From assembly GCA_009602735.1 (NCBI GenBank), contig WELA01002099.1, forward strand, positions 337,351-371,336: DNA of 33,986 nucleotides. Direction: 5' to 3'. Source of the stretch: Mesotaenium endlicherianum. Lineage: Eukaryota. The position numbers were made by a program, and so were the translations under genes. Within the stretch, counting starts at the first letter, position 1. Each line of letters begins with the position of its first letter. Below are positions 33,723-33,986 of this stretch, one piece after another. Below the pieces are notes generated by a model. It saw only the letters and a program-made list of their open reading frames with translations. It did no database searches and was not told the DNA's origin.

Positions 33723-33986
33723 TGTAGTGATTTGACTTATTATATATTTTAATGTTTTCAAATATATTTGGAGTAGTATTGTGTGGAGTCAAGTGTGAAT
33801 AGGTACTCTAGTAACTTGGTTGATGTCCTTTGAACCTTCCAAGGCATTTTCAAAGTTAGAGGAAAGACCTAGAAGAACTCCATGTGGCAAAAGTCAGATG
33901 TGCCATTTTTAGGTCAAAAGGACATGTGTACATTATTCTAGAAAGAGGTGGCAAGTTTTGGGATGTGTTGGGTGCCAACACATCAA
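33723..33986. mobile_element. Start of an unrelated insertion (probably an LTR) truncating A3
   Basis: A2/A3 homology ends abruptly at 33722. The new AT-rich sequence begins TGTAGTG and runs off the window. Confidence 0.5.

Overview
Eukaryotic, plant-lineage-like heterochromatic DNA (TTTAGGG telomere motifs, tRNA-iMet-type PBS, many C-to-T nonsense codons). It is made almost entirely of nested LTR retrotransposons, and no intact host gene was recognised. From left to right: (1) a CT microsatellite; (2) a ~200-bp satellite array interrupted by a family-A solo LTR (TSD GTACT) and by a Ty1/Copia remnant; (3) a decayed Ty3/Gypsy element A1 inserted in the Copia, whose gag is split by a full-length chromovirus B (7780-13911, TSD GCCTA) and by a B solo LTR (TSD GTGTA); (4) a ~1-kb LTR-like repeat C carrying tRNA-derived Pol III boxes (2 copies); (5) a divergent A-type LTR, unassigned non-coding DNA and a decayed gag-protease region D; (6) two nested family-A 3' halves, A2 and A3. 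Main finding: A2 and A3 carry an extra sense-strand ORF of ~520-550 aa between the chromodomain-integrase and the 3' LTR (the env position). It has no visible signal peptide or TM helix and looks nuclear (coiled coil, NLS-like motifs). Divergence between the two copies is mostly synonymous. The ORF is preceded by a conserved branch point and splice acceptor and is bracketed by duplicated polypurine tracts. All alignments and counts were made by eye; no database search was run.
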